A DNA stretch of 64,000 nucleotides from Oopsacas minuta (GCA_024704765.1 JAKMXF010000297.1:124001-188000), one strand, 5' to 3'. Shown: positions 53,952-64,000, counted from the first letter of the stretch. Made by a program: numbers and translations. Notes: generated by a model not told the origin, from the sequence alone.

Positions 53952-54097
53952 TATATGAATATAATCATTAAGGGGTAAGAGGGACAATTCCTTCCGGAAT
54001 ATAGGTTGATTTTTACTAATATTTTACAAACTTATATCAAAAAGAAATACGTGTGCTATCAAATTTTGATGATACGAGTGTGTCGAATTGAATAGAA

Positions 54098-56404
54098 CTA
54101 TAAGTCAAATTCAGTGGTTAACTTCAATCCCACATCTAATTGCTGTTTGTTCGATAGAGAAGGGAAGAAATCTACTCCACTCACTCTTTCAATTTCTCTA
54201 ATCGTTGTCATCCTCAACTGATACGCTTCTGCTAAAGAATTTGTATCAATTACAGTGTCTGTATTCTCTACGATATAACCTATAACATTATTCATGTCCA
54301 ATTCACATTTCTCTCCCACCTTTGTACACGGTATAATTACCTGGTAGACATGACTAGGTATAGCTAACCTATTTCCTAACCAAATAGACCATGCATCTTC
54401 TGAGACTCTCTGACCTGAAGTTGAGGAGATGAATACACTACCTGTTACCACAACATAAGTACTACCAATATGTGTTTGTAATCGTAATAACGTATGGTTC
54501 AAAAGGAATGCGGGAAGATATTTTAGAGGGAGTGTAGCAGTAGTGAGACTAGCTCCTCTTCTAGCATATCGTGTGGGTAATAAACTAACCATAGAGTATG
54601 TGGTATTAGATTGATTGTAGTCAGAACAGAAAGGAGAATCTTCCTTGGGTACTCTCGGGTCTTTGAGGATGGTACAATTTTCTATTTCTTGAGAAGTTGT
54701 GTCAGAGTTATCTACCATGTAAGCGGTCCATACAGGCACCTTCAGGTTTAAACTATACTTGATTATTGAGTCTCCATTAACTAGGTAACAGTACTTACTA
54801 CCTCCACCCCCTAAAGGTAATCCTCCTGGTATCAAATTATATTTATTTGAGTTAATCTCTGTCTGAGATAAATCCAGACTGAGTATATACTGCTGATTCT
54901 GTTGAGTAACATTACAAGAGTTACATAGACACTCATTACAGAATACTCTAGTTATTACAGCGTCATGAGAAGGGAATTTACATTCTATCTCCGTATCATT
55001 GCTGTAAGAAGGAGATTCTACCGATGGAATATTACCATTGAAATCTTTACTAATAATATCATTGAGTGCTCCTATACTACCGTTATTAGTTAGAGGTTTT
55101 ATTCTGAGCAGAGTAGTGAGGAGATTGAATATGTGAGTATTTTCGAATGCTCTCTGTTTATAAGCGTGTTTGAATGAGGGTCCTTGTGCTATAAAGAAGG
55201 CTCGCATGTCTTTAGCGTGATTATCCCACCCATGAGTAGCTGATAATGAAGATGCACTACTACGACTGTAAAACATCAGCCAACCTACTCTATTCAATAC
55301 TATTACGTCACAGTAACGAAGAGTTAAACCGTAATGCATTCTCGGTGGGAGACCTGTACTTTTATAAACATCAAAAGAAACACCATGTTTGGGATAAGCC
55401 TTAAGCATATCAATTATCATGTCAGTTTGTGATTGATTTATAACATTGAATGTTATAATAGGACCTTGCTGTACTGGGAAAATAAGAGCGAGATTTATTA
55501 TATCTTCCAAATAGAGTGTCTTGTTTACTGAAACATTAGCAAATCCATGATCTGACACGAATATCTTGTCAACACAATTCCAGACAGAAGTATTACTAAT
55601 AAATACATTCAATTCTGCATCAAGATTCCTCAATGTTTTATTCATTTGATGGGAGTAGTATCCATAAGAGTGAGTCGAGCTATCTGGCTGATATGAGTAC
55701 AACATGATTAGATTAGGTCTCCTCTCTTTAGGCATTAGCAGCCAGGAGTTGACTTGTTGTAATTGTTTACTCAGTTTATCATGTTGGTACGGGAAGAAAT
55801 AATTTGGTTCGATATTAGATACTTCTGATCCTGGCCAGTAATAAATAGCTGAGATCAACCCTTCATCTTTGGCTAATTTCCATATTGGTGTTCCAAACCA
55901 CCATTTTGGATCATTGGTATCTTTAGAGGATACTTTGAATGTTTCATTTAATGTCTTATCATAGAAAGTATTGTCTACTATGCCATGCCATGCTGGATGT
56001 AGTCCTGTGGCTATAGTGAAGTGATTTGGAAAAGTTTTGGTAGGAAATTGACTCATGAGGTAATCAGCCCTCACCCCCTTTTCAGATATCTTGTAGAGGG
56101 TAGGAACCAAACCGGAGTCTAGGTAGTCAGGACGGAACCCATCTAGTGACACTACTAATAACGGAGGTGTGTCTATGTCACATATATCATTCGGTTTTTC
56201 GTGATTATCTTGTGTAAATACAACAACCAGTGAGATAGCCAATAGTGTTAAAGTTAGAATAATAATAGCCGTCAGAAGTACACAAATAAAACGAGCTCTT
56301 GGAAGAGTTATGCTGCTGAAGATTGAGTTCCTGTTTAGGGGTATTGATTCTATTTCCACATCATCATAACCTTCTAGTCGAGAAAATTTTATTGATGTTT
56401 TCAT
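54098..56404 (-). CDS. Type II membrane ectonucleotide pyrophosphatase/phosphodiesterase, ENPP1/3-like
   Basis: N-terminal TM, VVSLDGFR, TKTFPNHFTIATGLHP..HGIVDN, SDHG, HGWDN, nuclease-like C-domain; probable ATG 56404 behind a ctacag acceptor. Confidence 0.9.
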   Translation of the reverse strand: MKTSIKFSRLEGYDDVEIESIPLNRNSIFSSITLPRARFICVLLTAIIILTLTLLAISLVVVFTQDNHEKPNDICDIDTPPLLVVSLDGFRPDYLDSGLVPTLYKISEKGVRADYLMSQFPTKTFPNHFTIATGLHPAWHGIVDNTFYDKTLNETFKVSSKDTNDPKWWFGTPIWKLAKDEGLISAIYYWPGSEVSNIEPNYFFPYQHDKLSKQLQQVNSWLLMPKERRPNLIMLYSYQPDSSTHSYGYYSHQMNKTLRNLDAELNVFISNTSVWNCVDKIFVSDHGFANVSVNKTLYLEDIINLALIFPVQQGPIITFNVINQSQTDMIIDMLKAYPKHGVSFDVYKSTGLPPRMHYGLTLRYCDVIVLNRVGWLMFYSRSSASSLSATHGWDNHAKDMRAFFIAQGPSFKHAYKQRAFENTHIFNLLTTLLRIKPLTNNGSIGALNDIISKDFNGNIPSVESPSYSNDTEIECKFPSHDAVITRVFCNECLCNSCNVTQQNQQYILSLDLSQTEINSNKYNLIPGGLPLGGGGSKYCYLVNGDSIIKYSLNLKVPVWTAYMVDNSDTTSQEIENCTILKDPRVPKEDSPFCSDYNQSNTTYSMVSLLPTRYARRGASLTTATLPLKYLPAFLLNHTLLRLQTHIGSTYVVVTGSVFISSTSGQRVSEDAWSIWLGNRLAIPSHVYQVIIPCTKVGEKCELDMNNVIGYIVENTDTVIDTNSLAEAYQLRMTTIREIERVSGVDFFPSLSNKQQLDVGLKLTTEFDL

Positions 56405-57760
56405 GATAATAACCTGTAGAAAGGTAGAAAGCGATAACCTTTTGATGGCATCATAATTAACGGAACAGAACGGACAATTCAACAAGTTTCCATCTATGTA
56501 ACCATATTATTCTGTCAAATTTTATGTCTAATTATTGATTGTACGTCAGTGATATTTTTTCTAACAAAGGGTTTGGGGGCACCCCGCATCCCGCCCCTGC
56601 TTGTTCTACAGTCAAGACGTAGAATTTGTACATTACATCAATTTATTTTATACTAACGTTTGAATAATATTCGAGTTATACAACACACTTTCGGTATTTG
56701 GTCAGAGCGTCACGGTTAAAGAAATCATAGCTATTTTGAGAATAATAGCCTTAGTTCAGATGGAGGGAACTTTGTCTACCAAACCTAGGTTAGGGGATCA
56801 AGTTCAGTAAAACAAATTAGAATAGGCTAAATTGTATAATTTGAATGATTGGAATATTATGGCTTTCTGAATCATTCTGATAAACAAATTATTATCTACA
56901 TGCTACAAGTTATACGTAGAGTACAGCTGTAGGTATTGGCCAAGTCTACAAAGTGTACATTCTAGCGTTTTTTTGCATTTGAATCATAGAGTAATGCATC
57001 AGTTTGTTTGAAAATGCTCGTCAGCGAATATTAATTGAATAAAATCAAAATAGTAGGGCAGGAGTTAAGATTTTGGACCAATAAGGATAATATTACACAA
57101 ACATATAGCCGTATATTTAAATAATGTTCTGACGCATACAATGTTTCTAATTATAATTATTACGTATCATGAAGTTGATATGATACATGCACAGTGAACT
57201 TCCATTATCTAAATTAATACAATACATTTTTGGGCATTCTAATGGTTCCCCTAATCACGTGTATTGACAGCATCACACGCCACAAAACTCAAGAGACTAA
57301 TTACATATGATTGGGCTTATGTCCAGTAAATTTTGGCATGGTCAAAGTATTGAACAAATTACCAATCTAGCATTTTTAGCTGTCGTATTTATTACATTCA
57401 AGTAATGGCTTCGTATTTCTTTATCCATTGCTTACACAAATGATTTACTCCTTTTCCTTTCTACTTCATCTTTCAATAAATACTTGATGATTATACAAAA
57501 CTCCCCCCTCTTAACTTTCCCAATATGGTATCAATCATTACTTATAATTCCAATAAACACTTTTTGATTAGATTGCATTGACTGAGATTTGAAATTGATT
57601 ATCTGTGCATATTATAATCAATAGACCAGTCATTGCATTATATTTATATGACGTGAGAAATGAAATTGACCGCCTAATATTACGATTATATCTAACTAAA
57701 TCCTGGTTCCCCTATCTAGCAGTCTAGACTTCCGTTGGTACCTAGTCCAGGAAACATATA

Positions 57761-60700
57761 ATGTCTGTGACAACTCCTACTGGTTTGTCTTCTTCCAATA
57801 AAGACAAAAGTAGGCGAAAAAGGCAGAATCCTATGAAACTTGATGTTTCTGTGAATCAAAATTCTCCCACTTCCATTGATCTTTCTAATCCCGCCCTAAC
57901 CCCCACTGAGCCAACTTCTATCCCTGTTTTTCAAAGCGATTCAGGTGACGACACACCTGAACCTCTAGAACCAACTGCTACACCCGTAACACCAATTTTT
58001 ACACCTACATTATCATCTCAATCCCAAACTGTCATCACTCCCACTCCGATGACATTTGAAGCTGATGATCAACCCGTCAACGCCACTAACACGACAACAG
58101 TATTGCCTCCCTCTCTTTTTACCCAGCCGATTGATACCTCTATCTCTATAGCTCCTGATCAGAACCTCAACAACTCAACATCAGATACCAATGCAACAAT
58201 CATATCTGAGTGTACGAGCAAGACTTCTATCAAGACAGAGCATAGACCTGTTCTGAACAAAAGAGTTATTTCAGTCAACATTACTAAAGGCAGTAGTTTT
58301 ACGAAAGACTCTCTCAATCAACCCAGGAAGTCTCAGTTCTCTTCACGACACGAGGATATCTCACTATCTGGACAAGACACTCAAAAGAATGACTCATACT
58401 GCTGGAGCTGTCACGAGGGAGGGAATGTAGTCTGTTGTGATACATGCCCCAGAGTGTTCCATCTAAAGTGTGCGCATATTGACACAGACCCACCAGAAGA
58501 CCGCGAGTGGTTATGTCCTATTTGTACACGGCTACGCTCCTCGAAGCGACGGAAAGGAGAAACTCCTGCTAACCTAAGCGAGTTATTAGGCTTTGTTATG
58601 AAGAAACTAAAATTTGAAGGAACGGAACAATTCCAACAGGAAGTGAAGGAAGAAATAGCACCTGGATACCGGGACCTAGTCTACCACCCAATGGATCTTT
58701 GTAAGATAGAGCGTAACATTAGCAGTTACGAGACTACAATCCATTTGCGTTATGAGGTTGAGTGGTTACTACACAATTGTATTATCTACAATGGAAACAA
58801 ACATGCTCTCACAAAGATAGCTAAACAGATAGTTAAGCTATGTCGTCTTGAACTGAGTGAGATAGAGTATTGTGCTAATTGCTACAAACTATCCTGTTTA
58901 CCTAACACTGGAAGGTTCTCACAGCTCTGTGATCCACCACATTCTATCGTGATGGCGGAACATAGGGAAATGAGAGGGCATCCCTTATGGCCTGGGAAGC
59001 TCATCAACAAAGCCAGGGAAAGATGTGAAATTCGATTCTTCGGTAAGAAGCATTGTCGGGTCACTGTTCCTGTAACTTGTGTGAAACCCCTAGGAAATGT
59101 TGAGATTCCAATGCCTCCCCCCGCCAATAAGATAGCTACTAACTGGCCCGAGGCGATTAGCGAACTCAAACTTTACCAAACAAATCTCCGTCAATGGTTA
59201 TCAGCACATCCATCCTACAAAATGATAGTCCCTGAGATTAATGACAGCGCTGTATTCAGTCCTCCCAATGACAAGCTAAACTCCTCAGAAGAGAATGTAG
59301 GGGATATAAGCTTTGTAGTAAACAAAGTTATGAAAAATTTGGATGAAAATCCGCCTAGACCCGCCGTACTCTTCCCCCCTACTGATCAGTTCCAATCTAA
59401 CATATTCTTTCCTAATTCAGACCCCACGCCTATAGCACTATTTGCTAGCAATTCTTCTACTGTCCCTCCTATATCTAGAATTACCAATAACGATATAGAT
59501 TCAGGTATCAGTAAGTTCCCTATTAGTGATACTAAGAGAGTTCACTTGAAAGATCATTCTATTATCAAAATGGGGACAGATGGACCTCTCCCTCACCTTC
59601 TTTCTGAGACAGCTAGTGAGGATGAGAACGATGATCCTAGTTTCAAAATGAACCAGAAACATCCAGGGCGTAGGAAGAGACCTGGTCCTGGAATGGATCT
59701 TAAACAGAAAAATAAAAAACTAGTGTTCTCCGGAGTACCCACGAGAGTGCTACCCTCTAGCAGAGGACGAGGTAAGAAAACAGACTTATCCAGTAGAAAG
59801 CTCCTTCACTACCAGTTCCCTCCTGACAATCTGAACGATGAACTGAGATCTACTCTTAAACGTGAGCTCATCCCAATCATACAGGAGGTACCCTCGCCTA
59901 ATGTTGAACCTGTCAATGAACTGATGGAGAAGAATCTTAATGTGGCTCTAAAACACTTTGAAACAAAATCTATCGAAGAAAACGAGGAAGAACAGAGTCA
60001 ATCTAAATATTATCGAATGTTTATGGAAAAATTTGATACTCTAATGCTGGATATAATCGCAGATCTAAATTCTGGACAGATTGAACACATACAGAAAATT
60101 TTAGATGATATTGTTGCCAGAGAGTATAGCAATAGAAAACAAATATATCATCAGGTGTATGACAATGTCCGTGAAGATATGCAGCGACTGATAGAGCAAT
60201 GTCACGAGGTTGCTAAGATCGAAGTAGAAAGGCAATCCAATGAAATACAGAGACAATGTGACATACGGTTGGTTGAGCGAGTGAGAGACGCAAAGAAGAA
60301 AACTTGGTGTAGTTACTGTTGGGATGAAGCTTACTATAATTGTTGTTGGAATGTTAACTATTGCAGTGAGAAATGTCAGAAAATCCACTGGCCTGAACAC
60401 AAACCGAATTGTATACAAATGCTTAACTCCCCCGCACCAGCTGAAACGCAGGTTGCCTCAGAACCCCGTCAGGTCCCAGGTCCCTCTTCTAGAGAGAGAG
60501 AGGAAGATCAAACCATGGATGTTGTATTCAAGAAGTCTCATTATACACTACCTGACCCTGAGAAGACTATACACAAGAGGAAGTTATCTGTTGATATAAT
60601 TAAAGAGACTATGAAACAGGAAGAACCATACCAACCTCACTCCCTTATTCCTGTTGAAAGAGAGAGACACCCTGACCAGAATCCTCACCATAGATTCACG

Positions 60701-61543
60701 GCTCCTTCATCAGCTCACACTCTTCCTACCTCTTTTCCACACCTAGAGAAGAGTAAGATAGATTCCTATCCGTCAGTGATTCCACCTGCTCTACTCAACT
60801 CTAATTACCTAAATCATCATAAGACTACTCCTCCACCTACATGTGGTGCTTCTGGAGACACTTCAACTGCTACCACCCCAGTATATGTGAAGGCTCCAAA
60901 TATTTCAATTTCTACCTCGTCTGGCCTCATGACTCATAAGGAACATTTAGATCAATTTTCTCGAGGCGTTAGGTATGCACCCATGTCTGGATCTGGACCA
61001 CACCAGTCCCCTAGAGGACAACCAGCCCCCCTCTCTGTACCCCTAGGCTCTGCCCTCTCTCAAATGGAGACTAACAATCCTAATTCTAATGTTACCAGCA
61101 GGTCTATACTCCCATCTAGTGGACAGCTTAAAGAACCACATGGCAATCACCCTACACCCCCCACTCCTCACAAACGAGTGAGAGAGACCGTCCCCAATAG
61201 AGCAGGTGCTCAATCCCCTCATCCCTCTGTTAACCCTGTCATGTTTTCTTCTCCCACCATTGACGGACACGGGTCTCAACCTACTTCATTTATAATACAC
61301 CCTGGGGGACCACCTGTACCTGGAGCCCCGACAACTCCCACATCAAATCAAGCAAAAGTTTTGCAACAACCTTTTCATCCAAACATTGGGCCACACAATT
61401 TATATCAACTCATGAATGGTGATGTTTCACGTAACTTCATGATGCCATATCCCTATCCTCCTCCACCTGCACAGATAATTCAGAATCAAGGTACATTACA
61501 GCCAAATCCCCACACTATGACACCGAGACCCCACGATCTTTAA
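57761..61543 (+). CDS. ZMYND8: ZMYND8/RACK7-like chromatin reader (PHD-bromodomain-PWWP ... MYND)
   Basis: NDSYCWSCHEGGNVVCCDTCPRVFHLKC (PHD), YRDLVYHPMDL...HNCIIYNG (bromo), HPLWPGK...IRFFG (PWWP), KKKTWCSYCWDEAYYNCCWNVNYCSEKCQKIHWPEH (MYND). Confidence 0.93.
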   Translation: MSVTTPTGLSSSNKDKSRRKRQNPMKLDVSVNQNSPTSIDLSNPALTPTEPTSIPVFQSDSGDDTPEPLEPTATPVTPIFTPTLSSQSQTVITPTPMTFEADDQPVNATNTTTVLPPSLFTQPIDTSISIAPDQNLNNSTSDTNATIISECTSKTSIKTEHRPVLNKRVISVNITKGSSFTKDSLNQPRKSQFSSRHEDISLSGQDTQKNDSYCWSCHEGGNVVCCDTCPRVFHLKCAHIDTDPPEDREWLCPICTRLRSSKRRKGETPANLSELLGFVMKKLKFEGTEQFQQEVKEEIAPGYRDLVYHPMDLCKIERNISSYETTIHLRYEVEWLLHNCIIYNGNKHALTKIAKQIVKLCRLELSEIEYCANCYKLSCLPNTGRFSQLCDPPHSIVMAEHREMRGHPLWPGKLINKARERCEIRFFGKKHCRVTVPVTCVKPLGNVEIPMPPPANKIATNWPEAISELKLYQTNLRQWLSAHPSYKMIVPEINDSAVFSPPNDKLNSSEENVGDISFVVNKVMKNLDENPPRPAVLFPPTDQFQSNIFFPNSDPTPIALFASNSSTVPPISRITNNDIDSGISKFPISDTKRVHLKDHSIIKMGTDGPLPHLLSETASEDENDDPSFKMNQKHPGRRKRPGPGMDLKQKNKKLVFSGVPTRVLPSSRGRGKKTDLSSRKLLHYQFPPDNLNDELRSTLKRELIPIIQEVPSPNVEPVNELMEKNLNVALKHFETKSIEENEEEQSQSKYYRMFMEKFDTLMLDIIADLNSGQIEHIQKILDDIVAREYSNRKQIYHQVYDNVREDMQRLIEQCHEVAKIEVERQSNEIQRQCDIRLVERVRDAKKKTWCSYCWDEAYYNCCWNVNYCSEKCQKIHWPEHKPNCIQMLNSPAPAETQVASEPRQVPGPSSREREEDQTMDVVFKKSHYTLPDPEKTIHKRKLSVDIIKETMKQEEPYQPHSLIPVERERHPDQNPHHRFTAPSSAHTLPTSFPHLEKSKIDSYPSVIPPALLNSNYLNHHKTTPPPTCGASGDTSTATTPVYVKAPNISISTSSGLMTHKEHLDQFSRGVRYAPMSGSGPHQSPRGQPAPLSVPLGSALSQMETNNPNSNVTSRSILPSSGQLKEPHGNHPTPPTPHKRVRETVPNRAGAQSPHPSVNPVMFSSPTIDGHGSQPTSFIIHPGGPPVPGAPTTPTSNQAKVLQQPFHPNIGPHNLYQLMNGDVSRNFMMPYPYPPPPAQIIQNQGTLQPNPHTMTPRPHDL

Positions 61544-62106
61544 TTCCTCGCATTTAGTACTATATTTGTCATTCACTTCAAAGTGACTGATGTTTCATAG
61601 AATTACTACTTCTACAGAAGATTTGTATAATTTTGAATGGGTTATGATTTTTATCTACCTTGATTATAGTCATATGGGTTAAAATGTGCTTAATGATGCC
61701 TTAATTTGAAGATTACTATTAATATCATTGGATTCATGTACGTACCTCTCATTTTTATCCCCAATAATCTTTCCAGGGCATACTATCTGTGCATTATAAG
61801 CTCGCAAGTAGCAAGCTAAATCGAACTAGATTACTTTTAATAATTTGTAATATTGCCTCAATTTAACTGCTACATGTTATGTTGTATTAAATCTGTGTCA
61901 TTAAAATAGTATTGATGAGTTTATAGCTTGTTTCAGTTTATATAGTACATAAGGAAATATCGTGGATGTCTTGGAATTGATAAATGAGCTTCAAATTAAG
62001 AGCAAAGAAAATTGAAATAAAATTAGTAATTTCTAACACAAAATTGAATTTAATACAAAAATGTGTAAAAATATGATTATTCATATTATCAATTCTTATA
62101 ATTATA

Positions 62107-62356
62107 CACTCCCTGGCCAAAAGTATTGGAACACTCGGCCACAATTGACACTTGGCACAAATATGCATTTGCTTTAGTTGTATAGGCTGAAGATAGTTTC
62201 AAACATTTGTGAACTTAATTCTATCATTAATTTTATTATTACAATCGCCTTTTCTGATATATCCACAGACTATTCAATACATATATTCTCACAAAGTTCC
62301 ATATGCCGCATGTGTCATTAGTGGTATGGTGTTCCAATACTTTTGGCCAGGGAGTG
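62107..62356. mobile_element. 250-bp Tc1-like MITE
   Basis: Perfect 28-bp TIR cactccctggccaaaagtattggaacac; TA at 62105-62106 and 62357-62358. Confidence 0.92.
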
Positions 62357-63424
62357 TATATTATCCGCCCTGCTAAGTGCAAACAAATTTTCAATTGTAT
62401 AATTTTTGAGTTTTTACATGATTAATGGCCAAAAAGGTGTGAAATTAGTTCATACCCCCCTTGTGCAAATCTCAAGATATTTAAGGACCAAGATATAGCA
62501 CTGCCACATGGACGGACCCGACTGATGTCCCATATTGTCTCTGTCATAACGGTATCTCCTTATAGAAGTTCCACTAAGATTAATTATTCAGTTATGAACT
62601 GTGTTGATTAATTAACAGATTACAATATTATTCCACGAATCTATACAGTTCTCTTGATCCAATTACAGATAATTGTGCCTCGAGTCGACTTCGGTTTAAT
62701 TATTAGGAAAACGTATGCAAATTATACCTTATGTATATAATAATATCCTTTACAATCTGCTGCCACCAGATTAAGGATATAACATTACTACTGCAATTAA
62801 CATAAAGGAAGTCCTAAGAGCAAAGCTTGCAGGCAAATCGTACAGAGACATCACGCCAGGCTAATTAGCCCGCACCGTTATAACATCCATGCTATACTTT
62901 TTAGTACATTCTAATAATCTGTTTTCTCTCGCATATTTATTGAATCTTGGAATAAATTCCATGCTACGTATATACGTAGTGACAATTGCAATTCTGTACA
63001 TTTAAATGTATGCTAAGTTAGTTAATAACTTAACTTTCGTTTCTTATTTAACCTCTAAAATCTGTTATTTTAGTTATTTTACTTAATTAATTTGTGATTT
63101 AAGTTTATTAGGCAGATTTATTTTATTTGGTAATCCGTAAGCTAATTAATGCTAGTATTATTTCTCCATATAAATACATTTTATCTTTCAACTACACAAA
63201 TTACAGTTTATCTTAATAAATTGCAAATTCCTACTTCCCTTCTTGTAGCTATAATATCTCAAAATTTGACTGTCTGTAAGATTTGAATTTTCATAATGCG
63301 CATTTTCCACTTCTTTCTTCTTTTATAATAGTGCTTGAAATTTATTTCCTATCTTGTTCCTCCTAGCTTTATTCTATGGGCATTAGGTATAGGCCTTATT
63401 AGATTCAAATATTTCTACTTTGTT

Positions 63425-64000
63425 ATGCAAAATTCTATTAAAAATGATGAACCAAGTCTAGAGCAGAAAGTGAGTTGTGTATTTACAGGACAGGGATATA
63501 TTGTCTGTAACGGTCACTGAGGTGACAGGAGATTCAATTTAATCGAATTAAATTGATTAGATTTTCATAATATCTACCCTGTAGCTTGCTCGTTTAGTGA
63601 TTGATTAGTAATACAATATTTATCAATTATTTTAGTTATTGTGTGATTACCATTATCTCTTTCTCACAGGTATCTGCACTAGATATAAACGCAAAACCAT
63701 TTGAACCCATTTGCTTTAATCCGAGTAAGTTGAATATTATTATTATTATATTATTCATAGATCATATAATCTTCTATCATCCTCTTTGTATTGTGTTAAT
63801 TGATCGGTTTAGCGAATCGTTCGTTGTATAAGTTAATAATCCGTATTTTACTCTGTATTTGATAAACAGGCGATCGTACTTATATTCCACCTCACCGTCG
63901 TCAGAGTGGCTCCAGTCCAACAAGAGAAGACAACAACCAGGATTTTGAGTCAAGATACCATTCTTCCTCTTTCAGTGATTCTAACTCCCATTCTTATGGA
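63425..64000 (+). CDS. DDX3: DDX3/PL10/Belle DEAD-box helicase, 5' part; exons 63425-63469, 63670-63724, 63870 to beyond 64000
   Basis: Canonical gtgagt/cacag and gtaagt/aacag splicing gives MQNSIKNDEPSLEQKVSALDINAKPFEPICFNPSDRTYIPPHRRQ; SLEQKVSALDIN resembles the DDX3 NES (GLDQQFAGLDLN) and YIPPH is the eIF4E-binding motif; helicase core lies outside the window. Confidence 0.75.

Noticed and set aside
56405-56485. Extra 27 N-terminal codons (MLNCPFC...) of the ENPP track ORF
   Set aside because: Lies upstream of a strong ctacag acceptor; the ATG at 56404 gives a typical type II N-terminus
63335-63831. Track ORFs 63335-63520 and 63601-63831 as independent hydrophobic proteins
   Set aside because: They are DDX3 exons 1 and 2 read together with flanking UTR and intron sequence

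Overview
AT-rich, gene-dense and almost intron-free animal genomic DNA. The metazoan gene set (Maf, SREBP, ZMYND8, PCSK5/6-type convertase, ENPP, SH2 domain) together with mostly single-exon ORFs suggests a compact early-branching animal genome such as a hexactinellid glass sponge; this is inference only. About 28 protein-coding genes can be supported: PMPCA (5'-partial), cathepsin D-like, SYAP1, SCaMC carrier, divergent Maf, a multi-ubiquitin-like orphan, a myristoylated LC8-like orphan, PLA2G15/LCAT, SPAG6, ORC2, UBE2Q (3 exons), GPR89, AP5B1, DOLPP1, PCSK5/6, POMT2, SAE1, a CFAP97D-like fusion, AIG1, an atypical Rab (2 exons), LRRC58-like, an SH2-ACSBG fusion, SAXO4/PPP1R32, SREBP, TM2D2, ENPP, ZMYND8, and the first three exons of a DDX3 missed by the ORF track. 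Intergenic DNA carries several MITEs, a 915-bp foldback element and Helitron-like hairpin ends. The most striking observations are: (1) a motor-less protein made of a CFAP97/Hemingway ciliary domain plus three tandem dynein microtubule-binding domains; (2) a degenerate SH2 domain fused to a bubblegum-type acyl-CoA synthetase, lying in a tight same-strand cluster downstream of SREBP; (3) YAG splice acceptors just upstream of most start codons plus 130-180 bp co-directional gaps, suggesting trans-spliced operons or retained 5'-UTR introns; (4) a PAM2-like motif in the DDX3 N-terminus; (5) a Maf-like bZIP lacking the invariant basic-region Asn. No tRNA, rRNA or CRISPR array was recognised.
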